From positions 5,518,001 to 5,582,000 of the forward strand of contig CM074518.1 in NCBI GenBank assembly GCA_037379345.1: DNA of 64,000 bases. Reading direction: 5' to 3'. This document shows positions 25,621 to 37,751 of the stretch, in pieces (within the stretch, counting starts at the first letter, position 1; the number at the start of each line of letters is the position of its first letter). Origin of the DNA: Perna viridis. Its lineage: Eukaryota. Position numbers and translations under genes: made by a program. A model generated the notes under the pieces. The model searched no databases. It saw only the letters and a program-made list of their open reading frames with translations, and was not told where the DNA came from.

Positions 25621-25764
25621 TAAAAGTATCAAAAGTTAAGCCTAAAAGGGCTAAAAAACAAATAACTGAATTAACTCAAGGCAGTAAAGCAAAAATATTT
25701 ATGGTGCCATCTTATTAAATAACTTTTCACCTAGATGTTTGATAAAAATTTCAAAATTATTTTC

Positions 25765-26284
25765 CTTTGTATAATATTGGAGTGTTCATATCACAACTCA
25801 TACGTTATGCCAGAGCTTGCCGAAACTACGCAGACTTTTTGTATCGCGCTAGAACTCTAACAAATAGGCTTCTGGAACAGGGTTATGTTGCTACAAGATT
25901 GAAGTCATCACTACAGAAGTTTTATGGTCGTTATCATGAACTTGTGGATCGTTATGGTGTATCCATCAGCACCATGAAAACTGATTTATTCAACGGGTCA
26001 TAGTTTTCCTTCCCTCGCTTGTCTACCCCGGACTTGACTTTTTATGAGCAACTCGGCGGCTGTTTCTAGAAAAGCAGAGGACGCTTACCCTACCTGTGCA
26101 TCTGGTCTATGCTCCTAGTTTTTAGTGGAGTCCGAGTTGCTCATTTACTTTTGTTACTTTGTATGTATGATTTTGGTTGCTTTATGTTCTTTGTTGTGTA
26201 TGTCTGTTTTCCATGTCTGGTCTTTGTCCCCGGATTACATTCTTTTGATTGCTGCTATAACCTTGGTTCACTTGATTACTCTCT
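25765..26284 (+). mobile_element. Penelope-like fragment (RT C-terminus plus 3' tail)
   Basis: GVFISQLIRYARACRNYADFLYRARTLTNRLLEQGYVATRLKSSLQKFYGRYHELVDRYG plus tail. Confidence 0.75.
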
Positions 26285-26442
26285 CATTTACTACATTAAA
26301 AAACAAATACATCAGTTTTTACTTTTTGCCTTTTAACTCATCAGTCTTTCTAATCTTCTCATTGAAATTGTCAAAAAGGTCAAAACATATTCGATATTTG
26401 CTGTCCTTCAGTTTTCCGTACACACTACATCTTTCGAATTTG

Positions 26443-26700
26443 TCAGGATCCACATTTAATTAATACTACTACGGGAATAACAAGTGTTGTTGTAGGACTG
26501 GAGACCATCTTTGACAGCTGTGAGTATAGAGGATAAAAGTTTGAAAACGGTTTAATGGTACATTTTGCATATTCAGCTATGTAGCGTTGTTTGTATGGAT
26601 TCTTGTGGAATCTAGGAATCCAGTACATAGACGGTAATTCACAATCATCGTCTTTGGTAGAGAGACCAAAAGAGGGCAGCACAGATTTATGGTTTTAAGG
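26443..26700 (-). mobile_element. Penelope-like RT N-terminal fragment
   Basis: LPSMYWIPRFHKNPYKQRYIA, homologous to 30750-30963. Confidence 0.75.
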
Positions 26701-26864
26701 TTGGAAGTTGTCTGTCGTACAGGAAATAAATTGCAATTCTCCCTTGTCTTTGTAGGTTAGTAATCGTTGATAATCATTTAGTGGTCATATTTTACAATTT
26801 GAGGAATTATTATTACTACAATATCTACTTTACGAACAAGTACAGCATCACACTCGCGTCATAT

Positions 26865-27790
26865 ATTATTATACCAACCGACAAAAACCACCCTAAAACA
26901 GACATTAAAAGATAATGAACATATAAAATTAACAATCACATTTAAAGTCCCTCGAAAAACAATAAATATTGACAAAGCAACTTACAGTTATATGTTCAAG
27001 GGAATTATTAGGTATTTGGACAGACGGATGTGTTTGGTTTCTCCATCCTCCACCACTCGTTTTCTACTTTATGGACAAGTCCATTGCATCAAAGAATAAT
27101 GATCAGACCGATCACTACATCGGAGAGCCAGGCGTTGCTAGGCGTTGCGATGAATATCACTATCACTGAGTATAACGTCATCTTTCACCAGAATGTCCTT
27201 TTGAGTTTGGCTCCATTTTCTGTGGCATTTTTATTATTGCAAATAGCCTTTCTTGGCTTTATTATGTCCAAAATATTTTGACCAAAACGTGAACAAACTT
27301 CCATAGTTTTGCGTATACATGTATTTTTCCAAAACCCGGTAACTGAAATCATCAGTGAGTTCATTATTGCCATTGTTGCAGTTATAAATACTACTAAAAC
27401 CTTACGCGCGATTCAGTCATGTCTCACAATTTCACACGGTCCAAAACAGTCAATATCCACACAACTAAAAGATGGATAGGCTTAAAAACTAATCTTTAGT
27501 AAATCGACCATCTTTTGAGACATACACTAGGATTCTATTAGTGGTGTTGAAACAATTTATTATCCTACCCACCCAACTTATGTTAAAAGATACTGAAAAA
27601 AAAACAACATTCGTTTGCAGTAAATTTTGAAAACGAGGGGGGTACATAGCAATAGACCTATTGGTGTATGTACTGCCTTCCTTTCTCTCGTAGAAAAGAC
27701 TTATCTGTACATATTGTCGGTTACAATTCATACACCACTAGATGTTGTTCGTAGGCTAAGATAACGCCCGTGCATCTCCATTCATCAACC
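26865..27790 (-). pseudogene. probable intronless rhodopsin-family GPCR pseudogene
   Basis: Broken frames give VVWILTVLDRV (TM3/DRY-like), ARKVLVVFITATMAIMNSLMI, KMTLYSVIVIFIAT (TM6-like) and IVNFICSLSFNVCFRVVF (TM7/helix-8-like). Confidence 0.4.
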
Positions 27791-28669
27791 GAAATATGAT
27801 TTTTAGGTACCCTTATACATGACATCCCATTTACGAATCAATTTGTCGCCAAAAAATAAACTGAAGCATTTTTGTATTTTTTTACATACCTCTTTAAGTC
27901 AAAAATCCCATTTTTCCCTTTTTTTTATTAATTATTTTACCTTCTACTTTCTAAGTAAATTGACATATATAAATAGGTTATATTAGACAGCCACAAGTCT
28001 CAGCTTTCAATTGGTGCTAACAAGGAAAATATAAACACCTGAATTTATCGGATCAGTTGGATGCATCTTTATCTTAATAATGAATGCCTTAAATATAAAT
28101 TATACAGTGTCGGTATGTTGTGAATGAGAAGTTGTTTGATACTTAAGCCAGTTTTCTAAGGAAAGGGGTAATACTTTTAACTTTTTTAGAAACTTTTCTC
28201 ATGAAAATGAGTTTTTTCGTGCTTTTATGGTGTGGAAAATTGAATTATCTATCGAATGATACCAATTTTGAGACGTGTTGATCGAACAATAATCTGAGGA
28301 GTCGAATTAATGCGACATTTATGGGAAAAATCGAGAATCACATTTCAGCATTTTTTTTTATCCAATCGTCACGCGTCATCAAAATAACACTAGAAATATT
28401 AATTATGATAGTACTAAATAGAAAATACCAAATAAGCCATTTTTTTACTGAAGTATAAGTACTCTATTTAAGCAATTTCACGGAATGGTAGGGGTATATA
28501 TTTTGCATTTAAGTCATAAGCCGTAACTGCAATTTTTTTAGTACCGTTGGAACCCAGTAGTTATATATAAATTAAATATAGTAGGATTGGAATCCACGCT
28601 TTCTCGTTGTATCTCGCGTGGCGAGATTTAATCACCCTCGTCACTTATATTTCCAAGTGTCTTGTAATA

Positions 28670-29135
28670 GGTCTCAGTATCGTATTAATTTTCCCATAGA
28701 CTTCTACAGTGAAGTGCATATTTTCAGGATTTTTTAAAAAATATGTAATTGATTCAATAAAACTTTCACTTATGTAGCATTTCTAAGGACATGTGAAAAA
28801 ATAATTTCCCGCAAAGAAAATAGGGTGAGTCCACGAAGATTGGACAGAAAAGTAGTCTTGAACTATAAATAGCCATTTTCCCTACTTTCACTTTCGTTTT
28901 GCACTCACCAAACCAACCTTTTCAGTGGAACATTTTTATGATATTATGTTAGATTTTCTTTTAAAAAAGTTCTTCATCTTACAGTGTGATGTTTGCTCTA
29001 TTTTTTAAGTCATTGTTCATGTCTTTTGACAAAACATTAGTTTGTAGAGAGGCAAAAAGAAAATGCACTATATTTTTATGGCATCCATGTTTTGACGTAC
29101 ACCCGCTCAGGGATATGCAATACGATACTGGTACC
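28670..29135. mobile_element. ~466-bp MITE family, copy 1
   Basis: aata|GGTCTCAGTATCGTATT...AATACGATACTGGTACC|aata. Near-identical full copy at 59340-59805 and partial copy at ~49815-50180. Confidence 0.9.
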
Positions 29136-29334
29136 AATAATTGGTTAATACTCACAGTACATGGGGATAAAGCGCAGATCGTGTTTGGCAAAATTTCTTG
29201 TATACATCGATAATTACTTCTGTAATAGAAAAATGGACCAGAAGGGAGGAGTTCGAATCTGTCAAGTTAGTTTTGCTAAACATGTATATCTATAAAAATC
29301 CTTGAATAGTTAAAATTGTGTCAAAAAAAATATT

Positions 29335-29690
29335 TCAAAAGAAGGGAAGGCTCCGGCTATAAAACTCCTTATATAAAACCTGGGACCATTTCCGATTAAT
29401 TTTAAACAAATTTTATGATGATTTTTCGGGTTTTGATGAAGGAGTTTGAATTTTAAATGAGGAGGGAAACCGCCCTCAAAGGCGGGGCAAGGCAAATAGG
29501 AGTCAAAACCAAGGCATATAAAAACGTTGATATCACAAAAGTAGGGAAAGCTACAGCTATGAAACTCCTTATATATGCCTTCGGACCATTTCTGATCAAT
29601 ATTAAACAAATTTTATGGCAATTGATCAGGTTTGAAAGAAGGAGTTTTAAATGAAGGAAGAAGATCGCCCTCAAAAGTGGGACAAGCTTG
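29335..29690 (+). repeat. two diverged ~200-bp tandem units inside a larger repeat-like block
   Basis: agggaa.gct.c.gctat.aaactccttatata...ggaccattt...aaacaaattttatg...cgccctcaaa recurs at 29341 and 29541. Confidence 0.75.
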
Positions 29691-29991
29691 AAAAATTTGA
29701 TAAGAGATTAAGGTCTCGAATCGAGATATTGATAAAAACAAAACATTGAAATAGCCTGGGGGCAACTTGAGGCAGTGACATGAGTCGGGATATTTTATTT
29801 TTTTTCAAACCAACTTACATTTATTGTGATGAAATGTTGAAGCGATGGAAATCGTTCGCCATTAACAGGGCACGCTCAGCATCAACGAAATGCATCATGG
29901 GTATTCTCGCTGTAAATCTCCCCACTCAACATAATTATGTATTAACACATTATGTAAAACTGCGCGAGATTCCAATCCTTCTATATTTATA

Positions 29992-31320
29992 GCGGTAATC
30001 AAAAGAATGTAACAAAGACCAGACATTGAAAACAGACATACACAACAAAGAACATAAAGTAACTAAAATCATACAATTCTGAAGGAAAAGTCATCACGTT
30101 TGTCGTGTAGTTTGGTCAATAGTTTTCCTTTACCATCGATTTCTAAGTGTAGGTCAAGATATGAGATTGACCTCACAGTGTCTGTGGTACCTTTATTTCA
30201 AGTTCTTTGAGGTGGATACGACGTATCATATCCCCGAAATTAGGATTGTTTAAAGATAATACGTCATCTATATAGCGGAAACTGAGAATAAAAGATCTAG
30301 CTAACCAATGTTCTTTCTTTCGGATCAAATCAGCTATAAAGTTAGCCTCATAAGAGTGAAGGAATGGGTTAGCAAGTAGAGGAGCACAATTTGTTCCCAT
30401 TGGAATGCCAACCGTCTATTGAAAAATGCGTCCACCACACTGGACAAATATGTTGTCGACTAAAAATTCCAGCATTTTGTAAACACCTTCTTCTGTATAT
30501 TTGGAAGATGATTTGGAATTATTTTTTACAAAGTATGAGGAATCTCTACCAAGAACTATATATTTAGGTGTACCTAGGTATCTAGGTGTACCATCCTTTT
30601 TGGAAAAAATACGATGTATAATGTTTTTAAGACGGGATTTTAACTGAGTATGGGGAATAGAAGTATACAGTGTTGAAAAGTCATAGGTTTTAATTCTATT
30701 ATATTCTGATAATAGTCTTGAACTGATTGTCTATAAAGATCTTTTGAATTTTTCAAGATCCACATTGAATTAATACCACTACTGGAGTAACAAGTGTTGT
30801 GATAGGATTGCAAACCCTCTTTGACAGGTTTAAGTATAGAAGTACATGTAACGTTGTTTACATGGATTCTTGTTGAGTTTAGGAATCGAGTACATAGATG
30901 GTAAATCACAAGCATTGTCCTTGGTAGAGAGACCAAAAGAGGACAGCACAGATTTATGGTTTTCCACAATCTCTTCTTGCTCATTTGTTTTTGTTACTTT
31001 GTATGTATGATTTTAGTTACTTTACGTTCTTTGTTGTGTATGTCTGTTTTCTATGTCGGGTCTTTGTCCCTGGATTACATTCTTTTGATTACCGCTATAG
31101 CCTTGGTTCCCTTGATTACTCTTTGGAGAGTGTGGTAGCAGTACAGTTCTTATCACTGTTATTATTTTCTACGTCTATCTCTGATAATAAACATTGAATG
31201 TAAAACGTTTTGCAGACAAAAACAATGTTGTTTTGGGCTTTGTCTGCTGGTAAGACAACATATTTGTCATGATGTTTAATAGACAATGTTTTTGCAACAT
31301 CGGGGTCTTTGAAAATGATG
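29992..31320 (-). mobile_element. Penelope-like retroelement, deleted, with inverted tail insertion
   Basis: DKYVVLPADKAQNNIVFVCK at ~31.2 kb, then GINSMWILKNSKDL, GIPMGTNCAPLLA and FRYIDDVLSLNN. Tail on - at 29992-30075 and tail on + at 30975-31122. Confidence 0.85.
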
Positions 31321-32334
31321 TAGCATTGGTATACTCATTGACCTACTCCTTCGTCTCGCATCAGGTCCTACTAGTACACGCCCGGAGCCGGAATCTGCGC
31401 CCGGAGAGTAAATATTAAATCAGTGAACCGGTTAACAATTAGTTATAATAACTAACATGACTTAAGATATCGAAAACATTAAACTGTAAAATTTATCCAT
31501 AAAAAAAAACATTATGGAACTGTACCAATCGATATAAATATGTTAAATATATTTGCAATATCCCCAGCAAATATATGTGTACATGACCTCAAACCTTAAG
31601 TTTTTGTAAAGCCTTATAATAAATCGACACAGGTTACGATTACGCAAGAGGCAGATTAATTAAAAGGTAAAAATACCGCCTTTAGCACTGATTTCAAGAA
31701 TCAATTTATAATAGTTAAATGTAACATTCAAGTTTATAAAGTCGTGATTATCTAAAATAATTTACAGTACCCTACATTTCACAACTTGTATATATTCATG
31801 AAAACAAAACAAATAAAATATTGTGGGCTACTTATTAAATACAAATACTTATATTGCCAATTACTTTACTGAACTTTTTACGTAAAGTCATTTCATTCTG
31901 CAGCCCGCCCTAGGCCTGTGGTATGAGGATTTCCTCGTTGTTCATTGAAGACCAATGGGTGGTCTTGGGGCTGACATATTCATCCCGGTGGTGTTGTTGG
32001 CTCCTTGATATACATGTATACATGTACGCCATAACCATTCTCGTTATATATATATATATAATAATTACATTGATTTAAATGGTTATGTATATACTTAATT
32101 ATAATTTTACTTATTAACCATAATCAGATCATGAAAGTTCATACACAATATAGTCACAATGCATTCCTTGAGTGAGATATAACCCAGTGTATATTTGTGG
32201 TAGCGCAGTTTTCGCAATTCTTGTATATAATAGTAGGACCGCTCGCATCGGCGAATTCCCTGACACATGGGAGTCCCGTTCCTTATCCTGTACCTCATTC
32301 TACATAACTAAATGGGCATTAATGAAAATGTCAC

Positions 32335-32435
32335 ATACAACAAAGAATATAAGATAACGAAAACAATACACGCAAAGTAACAAAAGTAAATGAACAACTC
32401 GGACTCCACTAAAAACTGAGCATGGACCAGGTGCA
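32335..32435 (-). repeat. short PLE tail fragment
   Basis: aacaaaagtaaatgaacaactcggactccactaaaaactgagcatggaccaggtgca is the reverse complement of the tail. Confidence 0.7.
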
Positions 32436-32599
32436 ATTCAACTTACACTTTCGGACAATTTTAAACAATGGTTTCGAAGGAATATAGTAAATTAAATTCA
32501 CCAAAGGCTAAAAATAATAGAACTTAGAGATGAAAACCATTGCAAAATCTTGAATGATAGGTATACTACTTTTCGCAGATTTAGAACTCTTCCTCATAA

Positions 32600-33530
32600 A
32601 ATGCCTGTAGAATCACACCCAGAGAAAATAGAAATTGTGTTTTTATGCCAGCCCATTAATTCGCCATGAAAAGGAACTACATATAAAATCTTATAACAGA
32701 CCGCAACAACTTACGCATATTTATACATTTAATTTACACAAAATTAAAATCCCCAGGGTAGTCAATACATGTTAATCCCCTGGGTAGTCAATATATGTTA
32801 ATCTATTTTGTTTCACTGAAAAATGTAGTTGCATTCATCTTCATGATTACTTTTTATCCAGATTTTGACCAAATATTGGATGTCAAAAGGTGCACGTGAT
32901 CAAATGGAAGAGTACACATAGTGGTATCAATTTAGTGAGCATTGCTCTGTTTCCTAGTTAGTGTTTTCTCATAGCGCAACATCGATATTGACGTACAATG
33001 CTCCGATTTTTTGCTGGTTTGTATCTTCCTTTAGACTTTATATGCATCTGAAATACTTCACAGGATGCAGCTTGCTACGACCATTAACCTACATTTAAAT
33101 ACTGGTATAAGATACAACCACATTGGTCGAGCCGTTAGAATTTGAGACAAGTTGAACACATTAAGATTGATACATCTCTGAATTTGATTTCAAGCATTTG
33201 GCACAAGATAAGAATTTGACCAGAATTGAAGGGGTTCCTTTTTGCTGCGAATTCGTAACAGTTAAGTCCAAACTTTCATAAATGTAATTATTTTCCATAC
33301 ACAATAGGTAGACCGACCATGACATCATCACATGACTACAAAAAAAACTGCCATTGCATAGTAATAGGCAGTTGAAAATTCAAGCCATTAAAAAAATCCG
33401 CAAGATGAATATCCATACCATGCCACTCTTCCTGTATATGTTATGATACATATAGACAATGACAGTGCACCAACCGGACATAAAACTGATACATGGATGA
33501 GGCTTAGAGTCACCAAAAATTGTGAGGCTC
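32600..33530 (-). pseudogene. possible second GPCR-like remnant
   Basis: Broken frames give WCTVIV, VWIFIL, WLYLIPVF..MVVASCIL and NRAMLTKLIPLCVLFHLITCTF in plausible TM3-TM6 order. Confidence 0.25.
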
Positions 33531-33572
33531 TATAATGAATTAAAAGAGGATAAATAGACAATTTTCAATAAA

Positions 33573-33578
33573 TTTATT
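33573..33578 (-). terminator. candidate poly(A) signal of LIM gene (~2.1-kb 3'UTR)
   Basis: AATAAA on - at the point where CpG-poor sequence gives way to CpG-rich sequence. Confidence 0.4.
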
Positions 33579-35668
33579 GCCATGACAACTGTTACATGCA
33601 TAAAGCATCTTGTTTAATTTTTGAGAGATGATTTATCAGCATATTAAGTATGTTTACATCTTCCCAGAGTACTTGGTCTGTATAAAATTGGTGATATTCT
33701 AATTAACATCTATTATAGACAGCAGGTACATGTATACCTTACTTGGATAAACTTTTGGCACAAGTAGCACAGTTTAGATTTTGTTTGTGTTTTTTTTTTT
33801 TCAAATATCCTTGACATAATTAAATTTCCTAATAAAGCTCTTTAGTAGGAATCACATTATAATTTTAAGTGTCAGTTTTGTTTCTGTTAAACACAATGAA
33901 TATAAAAATTGTCTTTATCAGTTAATGAGTTACTTGATCTGAAGCTTCCACTAATCAATTTAAATCCTGAAATCTTAAGGTCCAGTAACTCATGACACAA
34001 GAAGGACGCTCCAACCACATGACAGGAAGTTTTTCTTCTGTTTTTATTCCACACATCATTTGATTGTGTTATGATATTAAACACAACATGTGCAGTTAAC
34101 ATGATTATCAATGAATGAAATAGACTAAGTATCATCATCACATAGAATTTAAATACTCATAGCTAATAAAATACACGATTTTCCTTTCAAAAAGGAAATT
34201 ATAAGAAAACTAAAAGCTTGGAACAATTATAAACATGAAAACTCAATGTTTGTACAAAAATATCAAAATGCATAATTTGAGGTAACTTTATTTATCTTTG
34301 ATTTTCTTCTTATTTTGGCTCATTAAGGCAAGGGAGTTAACTGTAAATGTAAAGGTTGAAGAGTAGGAAAGATTTAATACAGTAAATTCTGAACATGATG
34401 GAATTGATCAATTTATTATACCACAACATCTTCATTATCCTTGTCTTCATCTGAACAGGAGGTTAAATAATTCATTTCAATACCAGAATCATTTTGCAGC
34501 AAAATTATGTAAAATTAGTTTTCATATATCAGCAGTGAAAGCACATGTGTAGAGACAATAAAAACAAAACAACATCGAAGAGAAGCAAATCACAATGCTT
34601 GTACAAAAACTGTACAGACTTAAAAAGAACCACAATCAAAACTCTCAAGAATCATGTCATGTTATGTAATGTGAAAAGATTTTGTCAGGTTTGGCTTAAA
34701 ATGGCTACATTAAAAATAGATACAAATTTCGTTTTTGCTTTTAGAAATATAACCAAATGAAACATTATCAAGCTAAAAATGCCTTTTAGAAACATTGCAG
34801 ATGATCATATGTGAAAAATGCTTTAAAGTGAAGAATTTAAGTAAAGAATGATAACAAGGGGGGATCATACATTAATGATAAACAAATTGAATAGAAACAA
34901 TGTACAAAATATAAAATAAAAAGCTACATTTATTTATAAATATCAAGCTTTGCATAGTACAAAGAAATATGTACAAAATAATCTGATAAATTGCACTATG
35001 TTTAATCAGAGTTAAGCCCCTTAGACTGTCTGTAACTTACATTTAACTGATATTTGCTGTAGTTTTTTTAAAGGAATATCCATTTTTGTAAAAAAGTTAT
35101 TCTTTTAATAATCTTCTTCAAATTATTTATTTATCAGACAATACACTATTATAGCCTAAATCACAGAGTTTTACAGCACAATTCATAACCAAATCATTTT
35201 CTTTGGCATTAAGGATATAAAAATAAGGTTTGAAACAGAAGCATTATAACATCTACATCCTCTGACTAGATTTGGCTGCCAATGCTAATGTTTGTAGATG
35301 ATAATTTTTTTTTTACCTTAACAATACAGTTTATAATGTATCAAAACTTATATAATTGAGCACTATTGTTATTCATCCAATGACTGAAAATTATAAATAT
35401 ATAAAATATCACAAAAAAATAATTCAAATCTTTACATGTGTTTTTTTTTTTTTTAATTCATACTTGACATATAAAAAAATCATGGCAATAACTTTAAATC
35501 TTAGCGCTTCCTTAATGAAGAAGCTTTTAACATGTGTTTTTAATTCTCATAATTGATTTTTATTTTACAATGATGAGTAATGGTACAATATAGAGTTATT
35601 GATACAGAGTTATTTCCCCTATATAATAACATTAAGGTAAATTGAAGCAATGACTAAATTTCTAAGCA

Positions 35669-35896
<228 letters not shown>

Positions 35897-37608
35897 CTAG
35901 GGTTCAATTAATTGAAGGTGTTATGTAAGTAATATCAACATTTACAATAAATCCTTATAGTGGGGCCCAGCTTATTGTGACCACAAAGGTCAAACCCTGA
36001 AGAACTGGGACAAGTATGGACACAACATTTCAAATTGATAGAGTTCTGAAAAGGGATTGTGGTTAACTGTTTGACACAACAGAAGATTCTGACAAGAATA
36101 AAAGTAATTAAATAACTTAAGCAATTTATACAAAGTTGAAAAAAATGCTTATTTCTGACACTTTACTAAAAGGTTTGGAACATAACCTTGTAATTTAAAC
36201 CTTCTTTAAAAGGTCCACACACTTGAATTACGATTTCATTGCGATCCATACACTTCTCTGAAATTATTTGCCAGAAACAAGATACATGTTTGTTCTGTCT
36301 CTACTTCCTTGATGTTTATAACCCATGATATCCCTGTTTTTGTTATGAGGGAATCTAACCTTGTTATACATTTTCGAAGAGATCCATACTCTACTGAACT
36401 GTTATGGTTAGATCAAACTTTGGCTCCTGGTCCTATATTGGTCCCTTACAACATTTCAGATCATTAGCCCAAATATAATTCCATGTGCGATCTTTGTCGT
36501 ATCATAGCTTGTGGTACAATTTATTAGAGAACTTGAGTTATAGCATGTTAAATGATAAATTTAATAAAATACTTGTTTTTTTTATTTTTGTTCCTCCTTT
36601 AGCCCCCTGATTCCAAAATCCCTTGGGTTATATCACCTACAATTAATACCAACCTTACATTGGTAAAACATGTATATATGGAACCATGTTATAAAGTTGA
36701 ACAAGACCCAGAACCTAATATTAAAGTTATAACATGAAATCAAGTGTCTATTGACAAACAACAACACAGATGACAACAGCACTATACCATCATGTGACGG
36801 CAAAATTTATGTTGTAAGAAGGAATGTAACGTATTCTAGTTTTCCCAATGGTATTTTTAGGTTTCATTCATATCTCATACAAATATATCCTGAAAAATAG
36901 CAATAAGTTTTGTGATACAAGTACTTGACTACCTTAAATAGTCATGATTGTATCAGTGTTATATATGTAATGTCTTGACACACACAGAGAAAAAAACTGT
37001 GGATGTTAATCTCATCCAATATACAACTACCTTCAATACAGGTATACTTGGTCCCAAGTTTTTTTTATTAAAGACTTGAACTTTTACTGCACTGATATAA
37101 CTACCTTCCTCAATGTAGATGTAAACTTTGATACTCTGTTTTATAATCTTTTAACTATTACTTTTACATATTCAATCTGATTTATAGTCTTTTAAAATAC
37201 TTTCAATAAACCAAATAACTCATGGGTGATGATGATGGAAAAGCTCTTTGAAAAACCAAAGCTATCAACTTAAATAATACTGAAAAATAATTCATGCAAA
37301 TAACTCTCATTCTATTATTAGTTCTGGTTCATAAACAAAGGGAGAAAACTCCAATAACATGCTGTCATGCAAAGGTACATAGTACCTCCCATTTTACTTT
37401 ATCTTGTCTTATTAACATAATACTGTGTAGTTACGAAAAGTTATCTCCCTTATAAAAAGAAGGAGCTTGTTTTTCATTAAACATTAATAGTTTCTGACTA
37501 TCACAAACCTTGTAAAATGAGTTTGTATATGAAAGGAAAGGGTACAGAAATAAAGGAGATAACTTTGATCTGTAATGTAATAAAGGGAGGTAATAAAGAT
37601 GATCTTAC

Positions 37609-37751
37609 GTTAGTACACATTTACAATGGGAACATTTAAAACACGCTCTGTGGTAGATGTTTTTGTTCATTTCCATTTTTTCCATGGCGTACACAGTTTT
37701 CTGGCATGCTGCACACTTGTCAAGCTGAACTGGTACAAAGGATCCCTTGGG
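37609..37751 (-). CDS. LIM protein, LIM finger exon
   Basis: Boundaries gcacag|CCC...CTA AC|gtaaga. CAACQKTVYAMEK...YHRACFKCSHCKCVL, phase 0-2, joins the last exon. Confidence 0.93.

Noticed and set aside
27806-29790. One large DNA transposon enclosing the MITE and 200-bp repeats
   Set aside because: It looks repeat-derived, but I could not find matching termini or a TSD.
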